The notes under the pieces: model-generated
Database searches by the model: none
Seen by the model: only the letters and a program-made list of their open reading frames with translations
What the model was told of the DNA's origin: nothing
Position numbers and translations under genes: made by a program
DNA from: a virus
IMG/VR virus record: IMGVR_UViG_3300042502_000941
Span: 19,455 to 83,454 of that record
Length of the DNA stretch: 64,000 nt
Reading direction: 5' to 3' (one strand)
In this document: piece by piece, positions 31,916 to 41,325 of the stretch
How the letters are laid out: each line of letters starts with the position of its first letter
Numbering within the stretch: the stretch's first letter is position 1

Positions 31916-32316
31916 TATATATTATTGTTTGTGATGATCACTTCAGTTGTGGATTGTAATTCTTTGTAACTAAAGGCTACTTTTATAAATATTTTATTAT
32001 AATTATTATTTACAACATCATTTTCCAATAATTGAACTTTAACGTCTTCAACTATTATACCGTTCATAAATCTATTTACATCATTTTGAATAAGATTTAC
32101 TAACATCGGCAACATTTCACCCAATTCATTTTGATCAAACAACACTTTATATAATGAAGAACCAAATGCATTATTAAACCTACGTTCTCCAGGTTTGGTT
32201 AATAAAAGATTCCGTATATTACTAGAAACTTGTGAAATAGTATCAGTATTTGTTTCAAAATAACCATCTTGACCCAATCTAAACGGTATTTTAAGTCCTA
32301 GTGCTTTTTTAGCCAT
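31915..32316 (-). CDS. Baseplate gp25/GPW-like protein
   Basis: IRNLLLTKPGERRFNNAFGSSL. Confidence 0.9.
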   Translation of the reverse strand: MAKKALGLKIPFRLGQDGYFETNTDTISQVSSNIRNLLLTKPGERRFNNAFGSSLYKVLFDQNELGEMLPMLVNLIQNDVNRFMNGIIVEDVKVQLLENDVVNNNYNKIFIKVAFSYKELQSTTEVIITNNNI

Positions 32317-32318
32317 AA

Positions 32319-32789
32319 TTAAACCTTAGACTTTTTACTATCCACTGCTTTTAGTAAAGCACGATAATCTCTGTTTATCGCTGAATAAACGCCTTTTACA
32401 GGAGCAGGAGCATTTTCAGGCACTTTGGTTTCTGTAATAACTTCTTGTGTACTGTTTCCATATCCACCCATCATACTAACCATACTGCCTTCTTGTGGCA
32501 CACCACCGGTGGTTTGGTTTAAAATATCATTCAACATTGGGTTACTGGTATACTTTACAAACTTTTTCGTGGGTTTAACTGGTTCCTCAACAACCGCAGA
32601 TTCATTCATCACATCCAATTCTTTTAGAATTTGTTGTTCTAAATCAGAATCAGATGATTTTTTCTTGGATTGAATAACTTCTTTAGAGAATATTTCTGCC
32701 AATTGAAGTTTAAGTTCAGATTGTACTACGTTTCGTACCTCTTGTTGTACTGTTTTCTTAATGAATTCTTTTAATATATCTATTTTCAT
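32319..32789 (-). CDS. Hypothetical protein
   Basis: 156-aa ORF. Confidence 0.7.
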   Translation of the reverse strand: MKIDILKEFIKKTVQQEVRNVVQSELKLQLAEIFSKEVIQSKKKSSDSDLEQQILKELDVMNESAVVEEPVKPTKKFVKYTSNPMLNDILNQTTGGVPQEGSMVSMMGGYGNSTQEVITETKVPENAPAPVKGVYSAINRDYRALLKAVDSKKSKV

Positions 32790-32806
32790 ATTATTATATA
32801 TAATTA

Positions 32807-34054
32807 TTAACCCAAACGAGATTTAGGTAAATTTAATAATGCTTGTGCGCCTTTTGTATCAGATGGTCTGGGTATCTTGATAGTCTTGATACGGGGTGTA
32901 CTGGGTGGTTTTGGTATATTTGGTTTAGGCATTCCTTTTTTAACACTTGCTAATTTAGCAGCAGCTGCACCAACTGCTCCTCCTGATACAGCTCCAATTA
33001 AAGCACCTTTTCCACCCCCAACTATTCCACCTATTCCGGCTCCTAATCCACCACCGGCTAATGCTGCTCCTGTTACACCACCAACAGATAATCCGGCACC
33101 AAGTGCTGTACCACTCAATCCGCCTATTAATGCTCCTTTACCGCCTCCAGCTAAGGCCCCTACTCCAGCACCAAGAGCACCACCTAACAATCCACCTTTT
33201 AACCCTTTAGCTAATTTGGACGTGGATTCAATTATACCTGTTTTAGCATTTACAATTTTTTCATTTCCAGCTATAGATTCAGGACTAAACTTATCAGGCG
33301 ACCAATCCTTACCCAATCCATCCGGTTTACCAAATGCGCTTTGTGCTTTATCGGCGGCACCTTGAACTTCAGACGTAGTATTACTTGTAGCGCCCTGGGT
33401 TTTTGAAGCTGCTTGTTGCGCTACATTCGCGTCTAACCCCTTTGCTTCTTGGGTGGGGAGTTTTATGTTAGGATTGTCTACCAAAGGAGCTTTATTGGCA
33501 ACTCCTGATATCGTTTGTGTAGGCGGACCAGGCAACGCTGGATCTGGATCGGTAAATGGATCTTGTATTTCTACTTTAATTCCCCTACCCGACACATTAA
33601 TTTGATCTGCTAGTGTTCGTAAAAGAGATTCTCTTGCTTCTTTAAATGCATAATTAAAAGCTTCTTCAGGAGTTTTACCTATAGCAATTAAACTTTTATT
33701 GGCAGCAGCTATAATTACTCGTAAAGTTTTACCAGTTGACGTTATTCTTGGAACTTTAACATCTCCGCTCAAAACTAAAAATGCTCTAAAAAGACCAGAT
33801 ACTTCATCTCGGACTGTTGTTGAAAAGTTTCCATTTAAATCAAAACTCCATTCACTTGGAAAAGATGCATCAGGTGATAGATTTCTTATGGGTACATCAA
33901 ATACAGATGAAGCTGATTGATCAGTTTTTAAATTTGGATTAACTAAATCAATTTTAGAATAAAAAGCATTTATTGCTTTTCTATATTGATTAGCATTAAA
34001 TACCGTGCCATTCCAAGACACTACTTGTTTATAAGATACATAATAATTGCTCAT
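32807..34054 (-). CDS. Glycine-zipper-containing protein
   Basis: GGLLGGALGAGVGALAGGGKGALIGG repeated twice. Confidence 0.7.
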   Translation of the reverse strand: MSNYYVSYKQVVSWNGTVFNANQYRKAINAFYSKIDLVNPNLKTDQSASSVFDVPIRNLSPDASFPSEWSFDLNGNFSTTVRDEVSGLFRAFLVLSGDVKVPRITSTGKTLRVIIAAANKSLIAIGKTPEEAFNYAFKEARESLLRTLADQINVSGRGIKVEIQDPFTDPDPALPGPPTQTISGVANKAPLVDNPNIKLPTQEAKGLDANVAQQAASKTQGATSNTTSEVQGAADKAQSAFGKPDGLGKDWSPDKFSPESIAGNEKIVNAKTGIIESTSKLAKGLKGGLLGGALGAGVGALAGGGKGALIGGLSGTALGAGLSVGGVTGAALAGGGLGAGIGGIVGGGKGALIGAVSGGAVGAAAAKLASVKKGMPKPNIPKPPSTPRIKTIKIPRPSDTKGAQALLNLPKSRLG

Positions 34055-34059
34055 GGTAT

Positions 34060-35736
34060 TTAATTCTGAAATTCAAATTCGACTTGTACTGGCCCTTCTC
34101 GACGATTTCTACCTTTGAAATCCCCCACAACTCCAGCACCTGTAACAGTATTAATTTTTATTGGATCTTTACACTCTCCGCCACTACCAGCTGGTTTAAC
34201 TCCATTGCTACCAGGCGCATATCCGCCTCCGGTAACAAATACACGTCTACTTAGTGTCTTGTGTAAATTATCTCTTAATAATTGTAGTTTAATTTGTTGT
34301 ACTGGTATTTGTGTTTGATCTGGATTAGCATCTCTTGTATTCTCTGGAGTTGCATTTCCTGATCTAGGATGTGTATGTGGATGTGGATGCACATGATGAG
34401 ACCAATGAACGTGGTCCAATAACCAATTACAAAGATCATACATCCAATCTACAGTTGTTTGACCTAACAATGCTGGTTCATTTGTTTCTCCATATTGTCC
34501 CAAAAATATTTGTGGCGCATTAATACAAGCGGTATTATTTGTAGTTATAACTACATTATCATTAGCATCCACTGTATATTCACTATCAGTAGTTATGGCA
34601 TACCGTTTTTTACTAAAATGTAATGTTTCTGCGAATCTACTACTTAGTACCAATCTATCTGTATTTATTACAATTTGATCGCTGTTTAAAGTTGGAAACT
34701 TAAATGATGTCGAACCTTTTGGATTGAATCTTATTTGTTCTTCTGTTGACTCTCCATTTGACGTTATACCAAATATACTTTTATAAACTGTAGTTTTCCA
34801 TTCACTTGATGTTTTGCCACTTGTTAGCTGAATAGTGGACCCGTCGTTGTTAATATCTTCTGGTATTTGTCCGCCAAAATTCTTTTCAACCGGTGTAATT
34901 TTACGAATAGGTGGCAACTTAGGATGTAATTGTTGTGGTTCATCCAAAGCAATATTTCGTTGTCTATTTCTAATAGTAAGTTTAGGATTACCATATCCAC
35001 CGCCGATTGAGTCTTTCAATAAATTACCATTCAAATCGTAAGATGAATATACACCTTTATCATTTTGTCTATTATCATCATATGCACTAAATCTAATTGA
35101 CTGACCAAATCTACTTTCTATTATAGTATCCCCTTCATTTTTCTTGACCAATCGTATAAATGGATTTGAAATGAAATATTGTCCTACATATCCTATATTA
35201 TTATACTTCGAATAAATTGGAGCGGATGTATAAGTGGCTCTATTACCATCAAAATAAAAAGGGACAGCCGGCGTTCCATCTTCGCTATATACTGTTTCAA
35301 CTGTATAATCAATATTATTGGGGAAGTTGAATTTGTTTAATGGTTTACTATAATAATAATTGTTTCCAACCTTTTGCACCAATACCAATTCATTAACCAG
35401 TGGATATTGTGTTATAGTTTGTTCAAGTGGTATAGCCCAAGGTAATTTTTCAACCGATGATTTTTTTTCTTGTGATAATATTCTTACTTTAGCACGTCCA
35501 ATATAAGAAAAATCCACATCGTTTTCATTTGCTGGTTCATTCTTATAATTAAGCGGAACCGTTTGCGGATTTATTTTTTGTTTATACGCATCTTGTAATT
35601 TTATATGAGTTTCGTCAAAAATTATATCGACTACGACAGCAAGTTGTATGGGTGAGCGAATATCAACCAAATCTTTTATTTGTTGATCATTTAACTGTGG
35701 TGATTTATTTGATTTGGATACGTCTGTGCTTACCAT
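34060..35736 (-). CDS. Baseplate hub/central spike protein (gp5/VgrG-like)
   Basis: IGRAKVR, PLVNELVLV (OB fold), EGDTIIESRFGQSIRF, beta-helix-like region, HxH cluster. Confidence 0.75.
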   Translation of the reverse strand: MVSTDVSKSNKSPQLNDQQIKDLVDIRSPIQLAVVVDIIFDETHIKLQDAYKQKINPQTVPLNYKNEPANENDVDFSYIGRAKVRILSQEKKSSVEKLPWAIPLEQTITQYPLVNELVLVQKVGNNYYYSKPLNKFNFPNNIDYTVETVYSEDGTPAVPFYFDGNRATYTSAPIYSKYNNIGYVGQYFISNPFIRLVKKNEGDTIIESRFGQSIRFSAYDDNRQNDKGVYSSYDLNGNLLKDSIGGGYGNPKLTIRNRQRNIALDEPQQLHPKLPPIRKITPVEKNFGGQIPEDINNDGSTIQLTSGKTSSEWKTTVYKSIFGITSNGESTEEQIRFNPKGSTSFKFPTLNSDQIVINTDRLVLSSRFAETLHFSKKRYAITTDSEYTVDANDNVVITTNNTACINAPQIFLGQYGETNEPALLGQTTVDWMYDLCNWLLDHVHWSHHVHPHPHTHPRSGNATPENTRDANPDQTQIPVQQIKLQLLRDNLHKTLSRRVFVTGGGYAPGSNGVKPAGSGGECKDPIKINTVTGAGVVGDFKGRNRREGPVQVEFEFQN

Positions 35737-35737
35737 A

Positions 35738-36079
35738 TTATTCGCCTTTACTGATTGTTATAACTTCCTCCATCAATTGTTTACGTTCGTCTTCACTTAA
35801 TATCATAGAAGAACCTTCGCCGCTAGCTTCACCTTTAGCCACCAAACGTTGTACAACAGACGCTAACTTAACTAACTGTTCATCGTTTTTAATTCCTACA
35901 TCATAGTAATCTTTAATCATAGGAACTATGATGGTAGCATCATTGATGGTTTTGATCAAACTCCGTAACTCCGATATTAATATATCGATTTGATCTTTTT
36001 TATTCTCTGAATTTTTCACTATATCCTTACAAAGACCCGAAAAATTCTTTCCTTTGTAAATTTCAAAATTTAAGTCCAT
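35738..36079 (-). CDS. Hypothetical protein
   Basis: 113-aa ORF preceded by TATTTATA. Confidence 0.7.
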   Translation of the reverse strand: MDLNFEIYKGKNFSGLCKDIVKNSENKKDQIDILISELRSLIKTINDATIIVPMIKDYYDVGIKNDEQLVKLASVVQRLVAKGEASGEGSSMILSEDERKQLMEEVITISKGE

Positions 36080-36093
36080 ATATCTATAAATAG

Positions 36094-36119
36094 AAAAACC
36101 ACTCCATTTGGAGTGGTTT
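36094..36119 (-). terminator. Rho-independent terminator
   Basis: AAACCACTCCA-TT-TGGAGTGGTTT inverted repeat. Confidence 0.75.
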
Positions 36120-36136
36120 ATTTGTTTTGTTTTGTG

Positions 36137-37147
36137 TTATACTTTACCGCTGTCTGCGTAATTTTTCATAACTACATTTTGATATGATTTCATCTTATTA
36201 ATGATTTTAGTAATTTGTTGTGTTTTGCAATTACTTAATTCTCTTATATATAAGTACAGTGTTTTTTTATTAAAATTTTCTATTCTATCACTACTACGAA
36301 ATAATTCGATTACTGCATATGCTATATTAAGATCTTTTTGTTTGGTAAATATCTTTGTTAGATTTTTTTCCCAATAGTTAATTAACAATTTCATAAACTC
36401 TTGTGTTTGAATAGTCTTATGATGTGCATCTTCTGTTTGCAAACAAACGCAGTCGTCACCTGGCGTGTCACTGATGTCTACATGTTGATTGAATCGTTTA
36501 TAATTGTTATTATTATGAAATATCAAATAGTTTTTAGCAACAATACTGAAATAACTAAAAGCTTTGCCTTTACCCGCTTCAAATTTATGCATATTAGAAA
36601 CTAAATGCGTTACAGTTTCTTTTTGAATTTCTAATGGACTATTATCAAAATAAGTAAATTTGAATGTATTGAATATGTTTTCAACTAATTTATCAAAACT
36701 ATACTTTATACGATTTTCATATATTTCGTTTCTTATTACCATATCTGTTGCTAAATTATACTCAATAATTGCTTCCTCAGTCTTTTTAGAAAAATAAATC
36801 TTTTCTTTTTTGTTTCTACCACGTCGTTTTTTTCTAACATCTGTTAATTCTTCTACTTCTTTATTAATAGCGTTTAGATCATTAATTACTATTATATCTT
36901 TACTGGTAATATTTCTTGGAACATTAATTTCAGATAAGTTTTTAGATTCGTATGTAATATCTAATTTTACTTTATTATTTTTTTTAGGCGGTTGGTGTGT
37001 AACTACTTTTTTAAAAGATGTTATTTTGGTTGGTTTTTTGATTTTTTTGTTAACACTATTTACCATAGAAGTAATTTTACGTTTTTTATCTGCTACTACT
37101 TTAGTCGTTTTTTTATTTACAACTTTACTTTTTTTTGTTTGTTTCAT
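36137..37147 (-). CDS. Late-transcription sigma factor (T4 gp55-like) with a Lys-rich N-terminal extension
   Basis: YFSKKTEEAIIEYN, HKFEAGKGKAFSYFSIVAKNYLI (sigma region 2-like). Confidence 0.7.
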   Translation of the reverse strand: MKQTKKSKVVNKKTTKVVADKKRKITSMVNSVNKKIKKPTKITSFKKVVTHQPPKKNNKVKLDITYESKNLSEINVPRNITSKDIIVINDLNAINKEVEELTDVRKKRRGRNKKEKIYFSKKTEEAIIEYNLATDMVIRNEIYENRIKYSFDKLVENIFNTFKFTYFDNSPLEIQKETVTHLVSNMHKFEAGKGKAFSYFSIVAKNYLIFHNNNNYKRFNQHVDISDTPGDDCVCLQTEDAHHKTIQTQEFMKLLINYWEKNLTKIFTKQKDLNIAYAVIELFRSSDRIENFNKKTLYLYIRELSNCKTQQITKIINKMKSYQNVVMKNYADSGKV

Positions 37148-37160
37148 TCAAGTAATAATA

Positions 37161-37442
37161 TCAAACGTTATCGGTTTCTTCTTCTTTTACTTTTTTATTC
37201 AAAGTTTCCATTGTTTGTTTTAAATCGGAAAAGAGAAAACCAACGTCGTCATCTTTTTCAAAGATACCACGGTTATCAATAGCTTTCAATTTATTATAAG
37301 TATTTTCTACCGATTTTTTAAAGTTTATTATCCAGTCTTCCAAAATGTCAATCTGGTTAAATAACTTTTTCGATGTGATTAATAAAAACACATTAACTGC
37401 TACTGATATAAACAGTAATATTAATAACAAAATTTCAATCAT
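37161..37442 (-). CDS. Small membrane-anchored protein
   Basis: MIEILLLILLFISVAVNVFLLI; likely start is 37442 rather than 37475. Confidence 0.65.
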   Translation of the reverse strand: MIEILLLILLFISVAVNVFLLITSKKLFNQIDILEDWIINFKKSVENTYNKLKAIDNRGIFEKDDDVGFLFSDLKQTMETLNKKVKEEETDNV

Positions 37443-37578
37443 TGTCTGTAGGTAGTTCGTCGTCCACTTCCACAAATTCCGATATATAGTCTAAAGCGTC
37501 ATTCAATGTTTTCCAACACGATTCGTCGTATGATCTTTTGATCAGCCTATACAATTCTTTAAGTTCAGTTTCATCCAT
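37435..37578 (-). CDS. Small acidic hypothetical protein (47 aa)
   Basis: Manual translation MDETELKELYRLIKRSYDESCWKTLNDALDYISEFVEVDDELPTDND; overlaps the next start. Confidence 0.55.
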   Translation of the reverse strand: MDETELKELYRLIKRSYDESCWKTLNDALDYISEFVEVDDELPTDND

Positions 37579-37635
37579 GCGTATAATTACATATATATGT
37601 AACCGTGACAAATTGATAAAAAAATTATTTTAATA

Positions 37636-38670
37636 TTAAAAACTAAACATACCTCTTAATCCTGTTTTACCTTTTCGCTCAACTATTTTTTCAACCTCAA
37701 CAGGCTTTTCCACTATACGTTCAACTATTTTTTCAACCTCAACAGGCTTTTCCACTATACGTTCAACTATTTTTTCAACCTCAACAGGCTTTTCAACTAT
37801 GCGCTCAACTGTTGAATGTGTTGGTTTGTCGGCGGACTCATCTGTGGGTTTTTCTTGTTTTTTGTATAATTCATAATTTTTGTCATTTTCTGAATAAACT
37901 TTATTTGTGCTTATATTATATGCCAATAATAATACAACAGCAAGTGGATCAAATACCGTAATAAGTACTACAATAAACCACTTTACTACGTTTTGGATCG
38001 TTGTATCAAATTGATCAGCAACAAATTTAAACGTTATAATATCTTTCTTCTGACTGTTATCTACCTTTAACTTGAAAATATCATCATCCACAGCTGTTGA
38101 TTTAGCACTATAGGTTTTGATTTTATCATTTTCGTTTTCTAACTGTTTATTGAGATCTGTAATTTGATCGTTGATTTGATTTTGAATATTTTGTAATTGA
38201 ATTGGATTACGAGCAATTAGTACATTTGTAAGCACTTCATTTAATCTATTTTCTTGACTACTTCTTAACGTATACAATTTTTCTATAGATTTTTTTGTAG
38301 ACTCAATTTTACCAATCTCTTCTTTTTTTTGAGATTCTAATGTTGAAATTTTATTCAATGACAATTCAGTTTCCAAAGATGATTTTTGAAAAGCCGCCGT
38401 TAAAAACCCAAATATACCCAATGATGTTATAGCCATCAATGCGAATACTGCAGTTATCATATAAATTTTCATTAGAATATTAGCATAGTTCCAATATCTA
38501 AATAACCAAGATGTTGTTACCAATTTACCCAGTTCTAAAGAGGATGCCATTATCATAACAGCAATCGTTGCGCCTGAAAATAATAATCCTATACCATATA
38601 CGCTAAAATAAGCAGCACATCCAGCGATTAAAAGTGATGTGAATATTACCAAATGTTTAAACTGTATCAT
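37636..38670 (-). CDS. Multi-pass membrane protein with a coiled coil and C-terminal VEK repeats
   Basis: Three N-terminal TM segments, VFDPLAVVLLLA, VERIVEKPVEVEKI repeats. Confidence 0.8.
   Translation of the reverse strand: MIQFKHLVIFTSLLIAGCAAYFSVYGIGLLFSGATIAVMIMASSLELGKLVTTSWLFRYWNYANILMKIYMITAVFALMAITSLGIFGFLTAAFQKSSLETELSLNKISTLESQKKEEIGKIESTKKSIEKLYTLRSSQENRLNEVLTNVLIARNPIQLQNIQNQINDQITDLNKQLENENDKIKTYSAKSTAVDDDIFKLKVDNSQKKDIITFKFVADQFDTTIQNVVKWFIVVLITVFDPLAVVLLLAYNISTNKVYSENDKNYELYKKQEKPTDESADKPTHSTVERIVEKPVEVEKIVERIVEKPVEVEKIVERIVEKPVEVEKIVERKGKTGLRGMFSF
37677..37809 (-). repeat. 42-bp tandem repeat, about 3 copies (VERIVEKPVEVEKI)
   Basis: Repeated tcaactattttttcaacctcaacaggcttttc... 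Confidence 0.85.
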
Positions 38671-38749
38671 ATCTATAAATATCTACAAAATAAAAACCCC
38701 ATCCAATTAAATGAACGGGGTTTAATATAACCTTGATTGAATATGAATA

Positions 38750-39232
38750 TTACTCAATCTTTATTTTTTTGGTTTCTGGAATTGTAGGTTTGATCTTTGA
38801 CAATGTAACCTTTAACAACCCATTTTCAAATTTTGCGGATGGATTTCTGCGATCAATTTGATCACCTAATGTAAAACTTCGTTTGAAATTGCTATGTTTT
38901 AATTCTCTACGAATATACTTTCCTGTAAATTCCCTATCATCAATCTTTTTAATCTTTTGACCACTAATAGTAAGAACATTTTCTTGTACATCAACTGAAA
39001 CATCTTCTTTAGAGAGACCAGGAATCTCTGCTAGAATTTCCACTCGATCATTGTAATCAACAACGTCTACACGTGGATAACTTTGTTTTTCAAAGAAACC
39101 AACTCCCAATTCTTTATTTAATTCTGGGAAATGTGCCGCGAATACTTCATCGAATACACGGTCAAATGGCGTTAAAAACTCATCACGATCAACGTGACGT
39201 AATGCAAACGGACTATATTTAATTACTGACAT
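38750..39232 (-). CDS. Small heat shock protein (Hsp20)
   Basis: PRVDVVD, AEIPGLSKEDVSV, FKRSFTL, AKFENGLLKVTL; GAAAGG SD. Confidence 0.93.
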   Translation of the reverse strand: MSVIKYSPFALRHVDRDEFLTPFDRVFDEVFAAHFPELNKELGVGFFEKQSYPRVDVVDYNDRVEILAEIPGLSKEDVSVDVQENVLTISGQKIKKIDDREFTGKYIRRELKHSNFKRSFTLGDQIDRRNPSAKFENGLLKVTLSKIKPTIPETKKIKIE

Positions 39233-39364
39233 ATATTTACCTTTCTTTTAATAATTCAATTGAACTTATTAACCTAATAGCCTCACTCGAGCACTATAGT
39301 AGATAATACACACGTACTATCTAAAAATATATATAAACGAACTTCTGAAAAATGTCAATATTTT

Positions 39365-41311
39365 TTATCCAACAGACGAAACTCCGCCTGTTTGGCATAA
39401 ATTGATGTAATTTTCAGCATTTGGATTATTATTATTTCTTCTCAAAAATAAGATATAAAACTTTGCATTTCCTAATATAGCATTGCTTGTTACAACTGTA
39501 TAAGTGCCTGAAAATTGTCCAGATGTACAATCATATGACTGATCGCCAGCTGGATCTACTGTCCAAGAAATATTAATGGTATATCCATCTTGGGATATAG
39601 TTGTAGGTAATGTACATTCTGTATTTGGTAAAGCATTGACAACCGCCTTCGCAAAAGTTTTATCAGCCGATGTACCAGTTTTATAGGCAATTATTACCAC
39701 GGTACCAGATTTTATCTGCGTCCAACTTTCCAACATATTGGAATTGTAATTTACACATCCTAAATTACTTGTTACAGGCGTAACTACAGTGGGTGTTACC
39801 GGAGAAATAACGCATGAATTTTTATCAAAACTAGCTATAATTTCACAATTCTGTGATTGCGGTGAATATCCTGGTGGTAAGGTTAGACTAACCGAACCTT
39901 TAGCAGTAAAGGTTTTTGGCTGAAGTGTATTTTGATAATTAGAAATCCCAAAACCAATGTTAATTTTACGTGTACTGTTAGCTGAAATAGAAAACATCCC
40001 AGTTGGAGTAAAATCAACGGTACTAATTAACGAATTTAAAGCAGTTCCATCTAAGTTAGTCCAAGTAGGACTGATAGTAGCTAATAACTCCGCATTGTTA
40101 TTATTTGTCATTATGAAACTACCACTGTGTTTTATTTGTGTAGTTGTAGTTGGATTACAAACTGGTTGAGTATAACCATCTCCGCAATCCAAGTAACCAC
40201 ATCTTGGGCCTGTAAATGAAATATTGGTTGGAAAATTACCAACTAGTGTTGGTAGTGCCGTACACGTTGAGGTAGTTGAATCTTGATCACCTAAAATGTA
40301 AAGTGTAATTTGACCAAATGTTGATGTATTTTCAAACGAGTATTGGTATGTAGGATTTGTTCCGCCTAAGCTAGTAGCTGTTACCAATCCAGTATAAAAA
40401 TATCCAAGTGGACCATCAGGGGTGGTTGATTTTTGTAAAATCAATCCAGCGAAGGTCAACGTTCTAGTATATCCTAAATTGTCTTTATATGATATAACTG
40501 GCAAAAGTTGTCCACTCGATTTATAAGTTGTAATGTTTGGATTCGGCAATAAACTATTTAAGTTATTCAATGTGGTAGACAAATCTGTTATCTTTGTATT
40601 CGTATACCCATTGGTAGTTTTATCATTATTTATTTTCTGGAACAACAAAGAACTTGCTGTAGGTAAATCTACATCGGATATTGTGTATGTATAGGTTGTA
40701 TTATCAATAACCGTACTTGTACAAGTGCCTATAAACATACTAGATGTAAACGCATTTGACAAACAATCCTTACAAACCAATTTATATGCGTTTGTATTAA
40801 CTAAATTATAAAATGATTCAATGTTATCACCTGATTTAGCGTAAGAAAACATCTTATTCCACCCAGAATCTACAATAGGTGTAACGACATCTGACTTAGA
40901 ATATAGTGTGTATTGATAAACTTTGTCTTGTATATTATTAGTCAAAAAGTTATTATTTTGTACTACACTTGGCGAGTAAATTTTAACAGTAGCGACACCA
41001 GTAGAAGCAGCTACACTGAAAGAACTACTTATATAAGAAGCACCATAAAATTCACTAAACTTTATTGGTCGCCGATTGTCTTTATTTATGAATCCAACTC
41101 CTAAAGGTTTTGTAATATTAATCGTACTTGAATCAGAGTTTGAATTGCCAATTCTATTTTGCAATTGGTAATAACTTTGCGATATAGAAAAATTATTTGA
41201 GCCTGGATTATAAACGTTGCTTAATAAACTGTTGATCGAAAGATTTTCGCTATTATTTGTTTCACTTTTGAAACTCAATGGACCAGATCTGTTTAATATA
41301 TTGACAGGCAT
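39365..41311 (-). CDS. Thr/Ser/Cys-rich putative tail-fibre or receptor-binding accessory protein
   Basis: PIKFSEFYG motif; composition; position downstream of tail fibre genes. Confidence 0.55.
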   Translation of the reverse strand: MPVNILNRSGPLSFKSETNNSENLSINSLLSNVYNPGSNNFSISQSYYQLQNRIGNSNSDSSTINITKPLGVGFINKDNRRPIKFSEFYGASYISSSFSVAASTGVATVKIYSPSVVQNNNFLTNNIQDKVYQYTLYSKSDVVTPIVDSGWNKMFSYAKSGDNIESFYNLVNTNAYKLVCKDCLSNAFTSSMFIGTCTSTVIDNTTYTYTISDVDLPTASSLLFQKINNDKTTNGYTNTKITDLSTTLNNLNSLLPNPNITTYKSSGQLLPVISYKDNLGYTRTLTFAGLILQKSTTPDGPLGYFYTGLVTATSLGGTNPTYQYSFENTSTFGQITLYILGDQDSTTSTCTALPTLVGNFPTNISFTGPRCGYLDCGDGYTQPVCNPTTTTQIKHSGSFIMTNNNNAELLATISPTWTNLDGTALNSLISTVDFTPTGMFSISANSTRKINIGFGISNYQNTLQPKTFTAKGSVSLTLPPGYSPQSQNCEIIASFDKNSCVISPVTPTVVTPVTSNLGCVNYNSNMLESWTQIKSGTVVIIAYKTGTSADKTFAKAVVNALPNTECTLPTTISQDGYTINISWTVDPAGDQSYDCTSGQFSGTYTVVTSNAILGNAKFYILFLRRNNNNPNAENYINLCQTGGVSSVG

Positions 41312-41325
41312 ATATCCTATATATA

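Noticed and set aside
1-36079. Introns or inteins in terminase, primase, Mre11-Rad50 or structural genes
   Set aside because: No intein splice motifs, homing-endonuclease motifs or frame interruptions are visible.
39270-39300. CIRCE operator upstream of hsp20
   Set aside because: It does not match TTAGCACTC-N9-GAGTGCTAA.
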